In this document: positions 46,161 to 56,128 of the stretch, in pieces
Layout of the letters: each line of letters begins with the position of its first letter
How positions within the stretch are numbered: the stretch's first letter is position 1
NCBI GenBank assembly: GCA_040768485.1
Contig: JAXGMU010000004.1
Span: 17,879 to 81,878 of the forward strand
DNA length: 64,000 nucleotides
Direction: 5' to 3'
Origin: Bacteroidales bacterium
Lineage (GTDB): Bacteria > Bacteroidota > Bacteroidia > Bacteroidales > GCA-2748055
Notes under the pieces: generated by a model
What the model was told of the DNA's origin: nothing
Seen by the model: only the letters and a program-made list of their open reading frames with translations
The model's database searches: none
Made by a program: the position numbers and the translations under genes

Positions 46161-48551
46161 ATGGTAAAACATTACATCAGGGTCACATTCCGTCACATCA
46201 AAAAGCACCTGCTGATCTCGCTGTTGAACATTGCCGGGCTGGCCACCGGCATCGCCTGTTTTGTGCTGATCATCCTCTATGTGAACCATGAACTGAATTA
46301 CGACCGGTACAACGAGCACTTTGATGACATCTACAGGGTGGCTGTGGATGCCAGGATCGGGAATACGGTGATCCGCCAGCTGGGAACTCCTGCACCCATG
46401 CCGGCAGCCATGTACCAGGAGTATCCCGGGATCAGAGCGATCACACGGATCCGGACACAGTCCCTAACGGTAACCATGGGCGACCGGATTTTCAATGAAC
46501 CGAATGTGGTGGCGGTGGACTCCACGTTCACCGACATCTTCACCCTGGATTTCCTGGAAGGGACACCCGACGGTGCCCTCAATGAACCGGCGGAGGTGGT
46601 CCTTGACCGGACCACCGCACAAAAATATTTCGGGGAGGGGTCCGCCCTGGGAAAAAATATCTACATATTTGATACCATCCCGTTGACGGTGACCGGGGTA
46701 TTTGAGGATTTCCCCGCCCAGTCACACTTCCATTTCAACATCCTTGTCTCACTGGTCTCCATGGAGGGATCCTACAATAATACCCAGTGGTTCAGCAATA
46801 ATTTTGCCACCTACATGCGGCTTGAGGAGGGTGCTTCCAGTGAACAGCTGGAGGCCAGGTTCCCTGATTTTGTGGACAAATACCTCTTTGGAGGAGAATA
46901 TGAAAAGTATGCCGATGAGGAGAACTACTGGAACCTGTCCCTTCAGCAGCTCAGGGAGATCCACCTGGGATCCGACCTGTCGGGTGAATTTGAACCCAAC
47001 GGGAACCTTTCCTATATCCGGATCTTTTCCGTGGTGGCGATCCTGCTGCTCGTGGTGGCCTGCATCAATTTTATGAACCTGACCACGGCCAGTTCATCCA
47101 TCAGGGCAAGGGAAGTGGGGATCAGGAAAACCAACGGGGCCAGCAGGGGGAAACTACAATGGCAGTTTTTCACCGAGGCAATCATTGTAACCATCCTGGC
47201 AACCATCCTGGCCATGGGACTGGTGGAGTCGGTAATGCAGCCTTACAGGGATTTCGTGGGAAGGGAGATCCAGCTGCACTACCTGGACAATCTCCTGATC
47301 ATTCCCGGCCTGCTGGCACTGGCGATCCTGGTAGGCCTGCTTTCGGGAAGCTACCCGGCCTTTTTTATGAGCGGTTTTTCACCGGTCGATTCTCTGGGCT
47401 TCAAAGGGGTGAAGCAGTCAAAAAGCTGGTTCCGGAATATCCTGGTCCTGTTCCAGTTCTCGGTTGCCATTGCGCTGATCGGAGGCACCCTGATCGTTCA
47501 GCGGCAGATGGACCTGCTTACGGAGGAATCGCTGGGATTTGACAAGGAACAGGTAGTCCTTGTGAACAATGCATATTACCTGGGGAACAACCTTGCAGTT
47601 TTCAGGGAAGAGCTGCTGCAGGTACCGGAGATCAGTCATGTGTCCGCTTCCTACGATGTTCCGGGAAACAATCTGATCAACTGGGGATTCGGGGCCCGGG
47701 ATGTGGACGAAAGTTTCAGTCTCAATGTGAACCTGACTGATGAAAATTACCTGGAAACCATGGGAATGGAGCTGGTGGCGGGTCGCTATTTTTCTGAAGC
47801 ATTCGGGAGTGATACAAGCAAGATCGTTCTGAATGAAACTGCTGTGGAGCTGCTGGGCTATGAGGAACCCATTGGTAAAATAACCTACCTGTGGGGTGAC
47901 AGAACCCTGCCCCTGGAGGTGATCGGAGTGGTGAAGGATTATTTTTACGAATCGAAACACAGGCTGATCAGGCCGCACGGACTGATGCATCACGGATACC
48001 TGGACTGGACGGTTCCCCAGTACCTGTCTGTCAGGGTGAAGGGTGCGGATTTCGAACAAACGATCGGGAACCTCGAAAAGAAGTGGAACCAGTATGTTGC
48101 GAATATCCCGTTTGATTATGCGTTTCTGGATGCGCATTATGAGGGGATCTATCACAATGAAAAGCAGACCCGTACCCTTCTGTACATCTTTGCAGCCATC
48201 GCCATCTTCATCTCCTGCCTGGGATTGTTCGGACTGGCCTCGTTCATGGCGGAGCGCCGGACCAAGGAAATCGGGATCCGCAGGACCAACGGAGCGACAA
48301 CCGGTAACATCCTCGGGATGCTTTCCATCGACTTCACCAGATGGGTCCTGCTGGCCAACCTGATCGCCTGGCCGCTCACCTGGCTGGCCATGAAAAACTG
48401 GCTTGAGGGATTTGCGTACCGGGTGGGGATCCCCTGGTGGGTTTTCCCGGTGGCGGGACTGGTTGCATTTGTCATCGCCCTTGCCACGGTGGGTTTCCAT
48501 GCCCTGAAGGCAAGCCGCCAGAATCCGTCCGTTTCCCTGCGATACGAGTAA
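46161..48551 (+). CDS. ABC transporter permease (MacB/FtsX-like, duplicated)
   Basis: About 800 aa with two MacB-periplasmic/FtsX modules. The start is set at MVKHYIRVTFRHIKKHLLISLLNIAGLA, typical of this family. The track ORF begins with TTG at 46146. Confidence 0.85.
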   Translation: MVKHYIRVTFRHIKKHLLISLLNIAGLATGIACFVLIILYVNHELNYDRYNEHFDDIYRVAVDARIGNTVIRQLGTPAPMPAAMYQEYPGIRAITRIRTQSLTVTMGDRIFNEPNVVAVDSTFTDIFTLDFLEGTPDGALNEPAEVVLDRTTAQKYFGEGSALGKNIYIFDTIPLTVTGVFEDFPAQSHFHFNILVSLVSMEGSYNNTQWFSNNFATYMRLEEGASSEQLEARFPDFVDKYLFGGEYEKYADEENYWNLSLQQLREIHLGSDLSGEFEPNGNLSYIRIFSVVAILLLVVACINFMNLTTASSSIRAREVGIRKTNGASRGKLQWQFFTEAIIVTILATILAMGLVESVMQPYRDFVGREIQLHYLDNLLIIPGLLALAILVGLLSGSYPAFFMSGFSPVDSLGFKGVKQSKSWFRNILVLFQFSVAIALIGGTLIVQRQMDLLTEESLGFDKEQVVLVNNAYYLGNNLAVFREELLQVPEISHVSASYDVPGNNLINWGFGARDVDESFSLNVNLTDENYLETMGMELVAGRYFSEAFGSDTSKIVLNETAVELLGYEEPIGKITYLWGDRTLPLEVIGVVKDYFYESKHRLIRPHGLMHHGYLDWTVPQYLSVRVKGADFEQTIGNLEKKWNQYVANIPFDYAFLDAHYEGIYHNEKQTRTLLYIFAAIAIFISCLGLFGLASFMAERRTKEIGIRRTNGATTGNILGMLSIDFTRWVLLANLIAWPLTWLAMKNWLEGFAYRVGIPWWVFPVAGLVAFVIALATVGFHALKASRQNPSVSLRYE

Positions 48552-48690
48552 CGCAAAAGATATTCTTTAACATCCGGAACAGTTCTCCCGGGCGGTTGTA
48601 TCTTGAGTGTCCGTACACTATATTTATAAAACTGAAAATTTTCATAAAAACGGACCGTATGTCTGAGAAGGACGCTTAAAATCATGAACC

Positions 48691-51114
48691 ATGAAAAGAC
48701 TGCTGTATTTGCTTGTACTGGTAACCCCCTTGTTACACGGACAGGGACCCATCGTGATCGCGCACCGCGGGGGAGCGGGACTGGCGCCGGAGAACACCCT
48801 GGCTGCCTTTCAGAATGCCGTTGAAGTGGACGCGGACTACTTCGAGCTGGATGTGATGATCTCCGTTGATGATTCGCTGATGATCATGCACGATGCAACG
48901 GTGGACCGGACCACCGACGGGACCGGCACCGTTGCCTCAATGACCTACGCAGAGCTCAGGGCCCTGGATGCGGGCTCCTGGTTCGGCGCCGAATTTGCCG
49001 GTGAACAGGTCCCGACGCTCTGGGAATCCCTGATGATCGCAAAAAACAGTGCAAATGACATCGGGGTGGTCATCGAGATCAAATCATCCGATGCCTCCGT
49101 CCCCTCAAAGGTGGTTGAAACGGTCCAGAAGTGCGGGATGCAGGACAGGGTGATCGTATCCAGTTTCAGCCTGGGACAGATCACCGAAGTGAAAACACTG
49201 GATCCCGCCATTGCGGTGCAGCTTTTCGGGACCATCGCGGAATCCCACATCGACCAGGTGGCTGCCATCAGCGGGGAGTGGGTGGGAAGCGGCGGAACGC
49301 TTACGCAGGGGCTGATTGATTATGCGCACGCAGAGGGGATCAGCTTCAATGCCTGGACGCTCAATGCAGCCAGTACCATCCTGCCGGCCATCGACCTGGG
49401 TGTGGATGCGGTCACCACCGATTTCCCGGACCTCATGCTGGCCCTGATGGACGAAACCGAACCATCCGATGTGGTGCTTACCTCGGCCACGCCCGACGAA
49501 ACCAGGGTGCTTCTGGAGTGGGAACCGGCCACCGATGATGAGAGCGGCATTGCCGGCTATGATGTTTTCAGGGATGAAACACCCGGGGCTGAAACACTGC
49601 TTATTTCACTTGGGAATGTGACCGGATATGAGGATGATACCCGTACAGAGCTGCATCAGTACTATTACCGGATCAAGGCGAGAAATGTGGCAGGCATGAG
49701 CAGCATCAACTTCTCCAATGAGATCGGGGTGACCACCGGGGCGGACGTGACCCCGCCCGAGATTATCTCCATCCGCTCGCGGGGCGACCGGTCCTCCGTG
49801 GTGGTAAAATTTTCCGAGAGGGTGGAACAGGAAACTGCAGAAACAGTTGACAACTACATCATATTGCGCGGGGCGGAGGTGGAGGGAGCTGTCCTTGCGA
49901 GGGACCAGAGATCTGTCATGCTGGCCACCGAACCGCTGTCCGAACCATTCTACCTGATCAACGTCGGGAATGTGAGGGACAGGGCGGAGACTCCGAATGC
50001 CATGGTGACCGATACCACGATCTTTCTGCAGGAGGGGCTTCCTGAAGCAGCCGTTGCCTTTTACACAATGGATTCGCTCTATACGGAAGGTGCGGCCGAC
50101 CTTGTAAAGGATGTCTCCGGGAACGGGAACGACGGGACCGCCCGCAACGGTGTCTTCATCACGGAGGGCATTCTGGGGAACGGACTGGGCTTTGATGGGG
50201 TGGATGACTACGTGGAGTTCAGTGCTTCTTCCTCCTTCAACATCGGCGGAAGCGCCGTCTCGATCTCCCTCTGGGCGAAGCTTCCGCACAAACCTTCCGA
50301 ACTTCCCGGGCCCTATGCCCCCCTGTTCGATTCGGAAACGGACAACTACGTGCTGTACGGCGACCGCGGCAACAATGAACTGCGGTTCAAGGTGACCACA
50401 TCGGGGGGAGCGGAAAGGCCGGGGATTCCCGGTGCGGAGATTCCCAGAGGGGAATGGATGCACATCGTGGGTGTGTATGACGGCACCCAGGCCATGGTCT
50501 ACCTGAACGGTGAACTGAAAGACACCCACCCGATCACCGGGACGGTGAACGCGGGACAGGTGGCGACCCTTGGTAAAACGGGGACCACCTACCTGCAGGG
50601 AAGTGTCGACCAGGTTGAGGTATACGGACGGGCACTGTCCGGAGAAGAGATCGGGGACATGTATGCATTCTACAGGGGCATCACCGATTGCGGAAGCTAT
50701 GAACTGTCACAGGAGGTGGTCATTTCCAGCGGCGAGACCTATACCTTCCCGGACGGATCGGTGGGAGCGGAGGACATGGTGCAGGTCATCGAACTTACAT
50801 CACCGGAGGGTTGTGAAGCGGTGGTGACCACCACGCTGACGGTCCAGCCGTCGGGAATGGCCCCCCTCGCACAGGAGCAATTTGCCATCTATCCCAATCC
50901 TGCCGACGGTATTTTCACCATAGAGACGGGCGGGAAAACAGCGGGACAGCTGCAGCTGGAGATCTTCAACGGGAACGGTCAGCGGGTATACCACAGGGTG
51001 ATCACGGCACCGGGCAGCCATCCGGTAGACCTGTCCGCATCGCCGGAAGGCATTTACATGGTGCGGGTGTCGGACGGGAACGTTTCCTGGAGAAAACAGG
51101 TGGTCATCCTTTAA
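48691..51114 (+). CDS. Secreted glycerophosphodiester phosphodiesterase with FN3, LamG-like and T9SS C-terminal domains
   Basis: GDPD motifs IAHRGGAGLAPENTLAAF and YFELDV...MHDATVDRTTDGTG. LamG-like segment GNGNDGTARNG...LYGDRGNNELRFKV. C-terminus IYPNPADGIFTIE...YMVRVSDG. Confidence 0.85.
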   Translation: MKRLLYLLVLVTPLLHGQGPIVIAHRGGAGLAPENTLAAFQNAVEVDADYFELDVMISVDDSLMIMHDATVDRTTDGTGTVASMTYAELRALDAGSWFGAEFAGEQVPTLWESLMIAKNSANDIGVVIEIKSSDASVPSKVVETVQKCGMQDRVIVSSFSLGQITEVKTLDPAIAVQLFGTIAESHIDQVAAISGEWVGSGGTLTQGLIDYAHAEGISFNAWTLNAASTILPAIDLGVDAVTTDFPDLMLALMDETEPSDVVLTSATPDETRVLLEWEPATDDESGIAGYDVFRDETPGAETLLISLGNVTGYEDDTRTELHQYYYRIKARNVAGMSSINFSNEIGVTTGADVTPPEIISIRSRGDRSSVVVKFSERVEQETAETVDNYIILRGAEVEGAVLARDQRSVMLATEPLSEPFYLINVGNVRDRAETPNAMVTDTTIFLQEGLPEAAVAFYTMDSLYTEGAADLVKDVSGNGNDGTARNGVFITEGILGNGLGFDGVDDYVEFSASSSFNIGGSAVSISLWAKLPHKPSELPGPYAPLFDSETDNYVLYGDRGNNELRFKVTTSGGAERPGIPGAEIPRGEWMHIVGVYDGTQAMVYLNGELKDTHPITGTVNAGQVATLGKTGTTYLQGSVDQVEVYGRALSGEEIGDMYAFYRGITDCGSYELSQEVVISSGETYTFPDGSVGAEDMVQVIELTSPEGCEAVVTTTLTVQPSGMAPLAQEQFAIYPNPADGIFTIETGGKTAGQLQLEIFNGNGQRVYHRVITAPGSHPVDLSASPEGIYMVRVSDGNVSWRKQVVIL

Positions 51115-51162
51115 AAGTCCCGGCGCACGACTGCCCTGCCGGGGCAGGTCACCGCCCCCCAA

Positions 51163-51237
51163 CGAACAGATCCCGGGGCAGGGACACTATGTCGCGGACC
51201 GCAGGGAGCGTCATGGTCCCGACCCGGGATCTGTTCG
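51163..51237. repeat. 15-bp perfect inverted repeat with a 45-nt structured spacer in a convergent intergenic region
   Basis: CGAACAGATCCCGGG (51163-51177) pairs with CCCGGGATCTGTTCG (51223-51237). The spacer contains GGACC/GGTCC pairing. No adjacent T-tract. Confidence 0.6.
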
Positions 51238-51274
51238 GAAACATGGAGGTGCTTAAAACGGAGCGGGAACGGGT

Positions 51275-52054
51275 TCAGACCGAGGGCTGCAGGCCCGGGT
51301 CAACGGACGGGGGACCGGACCTGAACCAGGAGACCAGCTGGCGGTTCAGGAAGAAGCGGACCCGGTTCCGGAATCCCGGAATGATCAGCCTGTCGCCCCG
51401 CAACATTCCGTTGACAGCTTTCTCGGCAATCAGGCCGGGTGTCATCGCACGCTCATGCTCAGGGATCTCTTCCGAGAGATCCAGGTCCCTCATCAGGTTC
51501 CCGATGGGTGCAGGATGCATCAGGCTCACCGAAACGGATGTATGTTTCACCTCCTTTTCCAGTTCCCTCGCAAACGAAGACATTTTATTCACCGATTCCT
51601 GCATCTCCGGGCTGTAATGCTCCCTGCTGAACGGGAAGGGAATGATGTGCTGAATGAAGGAAGAGGAAAGCTTCGCCATATGCGGAAGCAATCCCCATGT
51701 GAAGATGGCGGCTCCGCGAAACCGGGCCATGAAACTTTCCCTGGAGTATTCCGGAATGCATCTGTTCAGGGCCACCGACCAGTCGCAGGTAATGTTGTTG
51801 ATCAGGGCCCGGATCTCGTATTTCGACTGCATCCTTGAGGTGAATTCACGGATGGCTGTGTGGTCCGAAAGGTCCAGCCTGAAAGCTTCCACCTGTACAT
51901 CATCATTCAGCTGCAGACCGATGGCAAACCGCTGGAGGTCGCACTTTGTGGTGGAAATGAGGATCAGGTTGCAGCCCCGCCGGGCAATTTCACGGGCCAT
52001 GGCCCGGCCCAGTTCTCCTTCCGCTCCGAGTATGATGGTGTACTGTGAATTCAC
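51275..52054 (-). CDS. SDR family oxidoreductase
   Basis: 259 aa with N-terminal IILGAEGELGRAMAREIARRGCNLILIS (Rossmann) and SDR length and architecture. Confidence 0.7.
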   Translation of the reverse strand: MNSQYTIILGAEGELGRAMAREIARRGCNLILISTTKCDLQRFAIGLQLNDDVQVEAFRLDLSDHTAIREFTSRMQSKYEIRALINNITCDWSVALNRCIPEYSRESFMARFRGAAIFTWGLLPHMAKLSSSFIQHIIPFPFSREHYSPEMQESVNKMSSFARELEKEVKHTSVSVSLMHPAPIGNLMRDLDLSEEIPEHERAMTPGLIAEKAVNGMLRGDRLIIPGFRNRVRFFLNRQLVSWFRSGPPSVDPGLQPSV

Positions 52055-52267
52055 TTTAAAGAATGATTTATGCGTTTATATTATAATGACTGAAAAAACA
52101 GAAAAAGGATGCGCGATACGGGTTCATTTCTGACCATAAAAATGTATGTTTTTGGGCATTTATCCTAACCGGTACCGGCCTGATCCGTATGATATAACGG
52201 GATAGATTTTAACAATGGTGGACGATTTATCAACATCTATTTATAATCTATTTATTAGTTTTGCCGG

Positions 52268-55200
52268 ATGCAGAAATCAAGAAGAACAGGCTTTATCCAT
52301 GCTGCCATCCTGGTGATTGCGGTTCTATTTTGTGTGAAAACCATTCAGGCTCAGGAGGCTTCTGTACGGATCAACGAGTTCATGGCCCTGAATGAATCCA
52401 TACTGGCCGATGAAGACGGAACGTATGCCGACTGGATCGAGCTATACAATGAAGGGGCGGCGGACCTGTCCCTGGCCGGCTGGTGCCTGACCGACGATCC
52501 CGACGAACCGGGAAAATGGATCTTCCCGGATGTGACCCTTCCGGCCGGCGGGTACCTGCTCGTGTTTGCCTCCGGGAAGGACCGTCATATCGCGGGGTAT
52601 GAGCTGCACACCAATTTCAGTCTTGACGGAGACGGGGAATACCTGGCCCTGGTCAGTCCCGCCGGCAATCCGGTTAGCGCATTTGATCCGGCATTTCCCC
52701 GCCAGCAGACCGATCTTTCATACGGATTCATCGACGGGTATTACTGTTCCTTCGCTGTGCCCACGCCGGGTTCTGAAAATATAAGTTCCGGGGCGATCCT
52801 CCCCGATCCCGAACCGGGCATGCAGCATGGTTTTTTTGAAGCCCCCTTCACCCTGGAGATCACATCGGAGGTGGCGGGAGCCAGCATCTACTACACTACC
52901 AACGGGAATACCCCGGATGCAGCATCGGGGATTCTTTATTCTTCGCCGTTGACGATCGAAAAGACAACGGTCGTGCGGACCGTGGCAGTCAGGGAGGGAC
53001 ACCTGCCCAGCCGGGTGGTCACCCGCACATACCTTTTTCCGGATGATGTGATCCGGCAGAACAACCAGCCCGAGGGATACCCTTCGGAATGGGGCCCCTA
53101 CACGGCCATTTCGGGGACGGCCATTGCCGATTACGAAATGGATCCGGAAATGATGTCGGATCCCGCCTTTGCAACCGAGGTGATCGAAGGGCTCAAATCC
53201 ATTCCCACCATGTCGCTGGTGTCGGATATCGGGTACTTTTTTTCCCATTCCACCGATCCGGATACCGGGGGCATTTACATTTATACCGGTCCCCCCCTGA
53301 GCCGGACCGAAGACGGACTGGGGAAGGGCTGGGAGAGACCCGGTTCCGTTGAATATTTCGGTGCGGATGGCTCCCTGGCGTTCCAGGAAAACTGCGGGAT
53401 CAGGATCCAGGGAGGGCATTCCAGGCGGCCGGAAAAATCGCCCAAGCACTCTTTCCGTCTGGTTTTCAGGAATGAATATGGTCCCACGCGGCTCAGATAC
53501 CCGCTTTTCGGTCCCGATGCGGCCGGCAGCTTCAACACGGTCATTCTGAGAGCGGGTTTCGGGAACTCCTGGATCCACCACAGCCATGATGAAAGGCAGC
53601 GGGCGCAGTACCTGCGGGACATCTGGACCAAGGACACACAGCGGGCGATGGGACATCCCTCCAGCCGGTCGGAATACGTGCACCTGTACATCAACGGGAT
53701 CTACTGGGGCGTGTATGCGCTTTCGGAGAGACTTGACAGCGATTTTGCGGAAGATTACCTGGAAGGAAACAAGGATGAATTTGACCTGATCAAGGATTAC
53801 CAGGATGTGATTGACGGGGAGATCGATTCCTGGAACAGGCTGATCAGCATGGCCAACGAGGGACTGGAAAGCGATGAGGCGTACCAGCAGATCCAGGGCC
53901 ACCGGGAGGACGGGACCCCCGATCCCGCCATTGAGGCGATGGTGGATGTGGTGAACATGGCAGATTATATGCTGATCAATTTTTACGGGGGGAATACCGA
54001 CTGGGACCATCACAACTGGGCGGCCGTCAGGAACAGGGTAGAACCGGGGACGGGATTCAAATTTCTCTGCTGGGATGCGGAACACATGGTGAAAACAGTT
54101 TCGGGGAACGTGCTGTCCATGAACAATGATCAATGCCCAAGCAGGGTTTTTCAGCAGCTCAGGCAGAACGCGGCCTTCCGCAGGCTGTTTGCCGACCGGG
54201 TGCAGAAACACTGCTTCCACGGGGGAATCCTCACGCCGGAATCTACCCGCGAAAGGTGGACCTTCCGGATGCAGCAGGTGGAGCCGGTCATTCCCGTGGA
54301 ATCAGCCAGGTGGGGCGATTACCGCAGGGATGTGCACCAGTACCAGACCGTGGGACCTTTTTATCTTTACAATTATGAAGACCACTGGCTTGTCCAGCGG
54401 GATTTCATGCTGAACACCTATTTTCCGCAGCGGACCTCCGTTTTTCTCAATCAGCTGCGGTCTGCCGGGCTCTATCCTCAAGTGGATGCACCGGTCTTTC
54501 TGGTAAACGGGGAGCCCCTCCACCAGGAGCCTGTTTCCAGGGGAGATGTGCTGACCATGTCCTCGGCGGAAGGAGTGGTTTATTTCACCACGAACGGAGA
54601 GGATCCGGCCATCTGGATGGCCGGGGATCAGGGAAATGAAACAGTCCTGGTTCCCGAGGATGCGCTGAAGCATGTCATGGTCCCTGGCGCTTCCATCGGG
54701 GAGCTCTGGTATACCGATCCGGACTACAACGACGGATCATGGCTGGTCTGCCAGGGATCGCCCGGGGGGATCGGGTACGAGGTGGAAAGCGGGTACGGTG
54801 ATCTGATCACGCTGGATCTTGAAAATGACATGTACCAGACGGCTGCAGATCCCAACAACTCCTGTTACATCCGGATCCCGTTCACGGTGTCATCGGATCA
54901 GATCCGGGACATGAAAAGCCTGTACCTGCGCATGCGGTATGACGACGGATTCATTCTGTACCTGAACGGGACCAGGGTGGCCGGGGCCAATGCGCCGGCC
55001 GAACCGGTGTGGAATTCCGCTTCCACGGATACCCATGAAGCCACCGCTCCCGGACTATTCAACATTTCTGACCACATCGGCCTGCTGGAAGAAGGGGAGA
55101 ACCTGCTGGCGATCCATGCACTCAATGCAAAGACCACCAGTTCGGATTTACTGTGCATGGCGGAACTCATCGCAGGCGACCAGCTTTCTTCGGGGATCTC

Positions 55201-56128
55201 ACCGGATGCGGTCATGTATTCGGAAGGGCTGGTCCTGGACCGCTCCGGCCATTTCATGGCACGGACCTTCCTGGAAGGGGAGTGGAGTGCCATGGTTAAT
55301 GTATTCTTCACCTTTCCCGAGGACCTTCACGACATCCGGATCACCGAGATCCATTATCATCCCTTCCCGGAAGATACCATCGACCAGGACAAATTTGAAT
55401 TCATCGAACTGAAGAACGTGGGTCAGTCCACCCTCGACCTGGGGGGAGTGACTTTCCTGGACGGGATCGAGTTTACTTTTCCACCGGAAACCGGGTTGAA
55501 GCCGGGAGGTTTTGCCGTGCTGGCATCCGACCGGCTCTGGTTTTACGAGCGGTATGGATTTCTGCCCACCGGTGAATACGGCGGCAACCTGGATAACAAC
55601 GGAGAATGGGTCGTTTTGGCGGGTCCCGGTGAGGACACCCTTTCCGCCGTCCGTTACCGTGACCAGTCCCCCTGGCCTTTGATGGCCGACGGACTGGGCT
55701 ATTCCCTGGTCCCGGTCGTGTATGACCCCCCCGATGATCAGAATGATGCCGCCCTCTGGAGGCAGTCACACCACATTGGCGGTTCTCCCGGGCGGGACGA
55801 CACGGAGGAGACGGCTGTGGAAAAACCGGTCAGGGAAGCCTCCGGATCTTTCCTGGGACAGAACTATCCCAACCCCTTCTCGGAGATGACCTACATCGGA
55901 TTCACCCTGCCCGGAGAATCGGTGGTGGAGCTTTCCGTATATAACCTGATGGGGCAGAAAGTTGCCACACTGGTGAGCGGAAGCCGTCCCGCCGGATCAC
56001 ACCTGGAAAGCTGGGATGGAAGGGATGATGCAGGCAACAGGGTGCGGGAAGGGATCTACTTCTGCAGGATGGTTGTCCGCTCGGCGCAGGAAAGCAACAT
56101 GTTCACCAGGAAGATGATGCTGTTCTAG
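52268..56128 (+). CDS. CotH-family protein with two lamin-tail (LTD) domains and a T9SS C-terminal domain
   Basis: LTD-like RINEFMALNES...DWIELYN and ITEIHYHP...FEFIELKN. Chitobiase-C-like GASIYYTTNGNTPD. CotH core YLRDIWTKD...VHLYINGIYWGVYALSERLD. C-terminus QNYPNPFSEMTYIGF...YFCRMVV. Confidence 0.8.
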   Translation: MQKSRRTGFIHAAILVIAVLFCVKTIQAQEASVRINEFMALNESILADEDGTYADWIELYNEGAADLSLAGWCLTDDPDEPGKWIFPDVTLPAGGYLLVFASGKDRHIAGYELHTNFSLDGDGEYLALVSPAGNPVSAFDPAFPRQQTDLSYGFIDGYYCSFAVPTPGSENISSGAILPDPEPGMQHGFFEAPFTLEITSEVAGASIYYTTNGNTPDAASGILYSSPLTIEKTTVVRTVAVREGHLPSRVVTRTYLFPDDVIRQNNQPEGYPSEWGPYTAISGTAIADYEMDPEMMSDPAFATEVIEGLKSIPTMSLVSDIGYFFSHSTDPDTGGIYIYTGPPLSRTEDGLGKGWERPGSVEYFGADGSLAFQENCGIRIQGGHSRRPEKSPKHSFRLVFRNEYGPTRLRYPLFGPDAAGSFNTVILRAGFGNSWIHHSHDERQRAQYLRDIWTKDTQRAMGHPSSRSEYVHLYINGIYWGVYALSERLDSDFAEDYLEGNKDEFDLIKDYQDVIDGEIDSWNRLISMANEGLESDEAYQQIQGHREDGTPDPAIEAMVDVVNMADYMLINFYGGNTDWDHHNWAAVRNRVEPGTGFKFLCWDAEHMVKTVSGNVLSMNNDQCPSRVFQQLRQNAAFRRLFADRVQKHCFHGGILTPESTRERWTFRMQQVEPVIPVESARWGDYRRDVHQYQTVGPFYLYNYEDHWLVQRDFMLNTYFPQRTSVFLNQLRSAGLYPQVDAPVFLVNGEPLHQEPVSRGDVLTMSSAEGVVYFTTNGEDPAIWMAGDQGNETVLVPEDALKHVMVPGASIGELWYTDPDYNDGSWLVCQGSPGGIGYEVESGYGDLITLDLENDMYQTAADPNNSCYIRIPFTVSSDQIRDMKSLYLRMRYDDGFILYLNGTRVAGANAPAEPVWNSASTDTHEATAPGLFNISDHIGLLEEGENLLAIHALNAKTTSSDLLCMAELIAGDQLSSGISPDAVMYSEGLVLDRSGHFMARTFLEGEWSAMVNVFFTFPEDLHDIRITEIHYHPFPEDTIDQDKFEFIELKNVGQSTLDLGGVTFLDGIEFTFPPETGLKPGGFAVLASDRLWFYERYGFLPTGEYGGNLDNNGEWVVLAGPGEDTLSAVRYRDQSPWPLMADGLGYSLVPVVYDPPDDQNDAALWRQSHHIGGSPGRDDTEETAVEKPVREASGSFLGQNYPNPFSEMTYIGFTLPGESVVELSVYNLMGQKVATLVSGSRPAGSHLESWDGRDDAGNRVREGIYFCRMVVRSAQESNMFTRKMMLF

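Noticed and set aside
47418-48500. 360-aa minus-strand ORF
   Set aside because: It is antisense to the FtsX-like permease gene and has no motifs and a biased composition.
52718-54220. 500-aa minus-strand ORF
   Set aside because: It lies entirely antisense to the CotH-family gene, whose sense strand has clear domain motifs. The product is Arg/Pro/Gly/His-rich with no recognisable motif. It is a typical shadow ORF of a GC-rich coding region.
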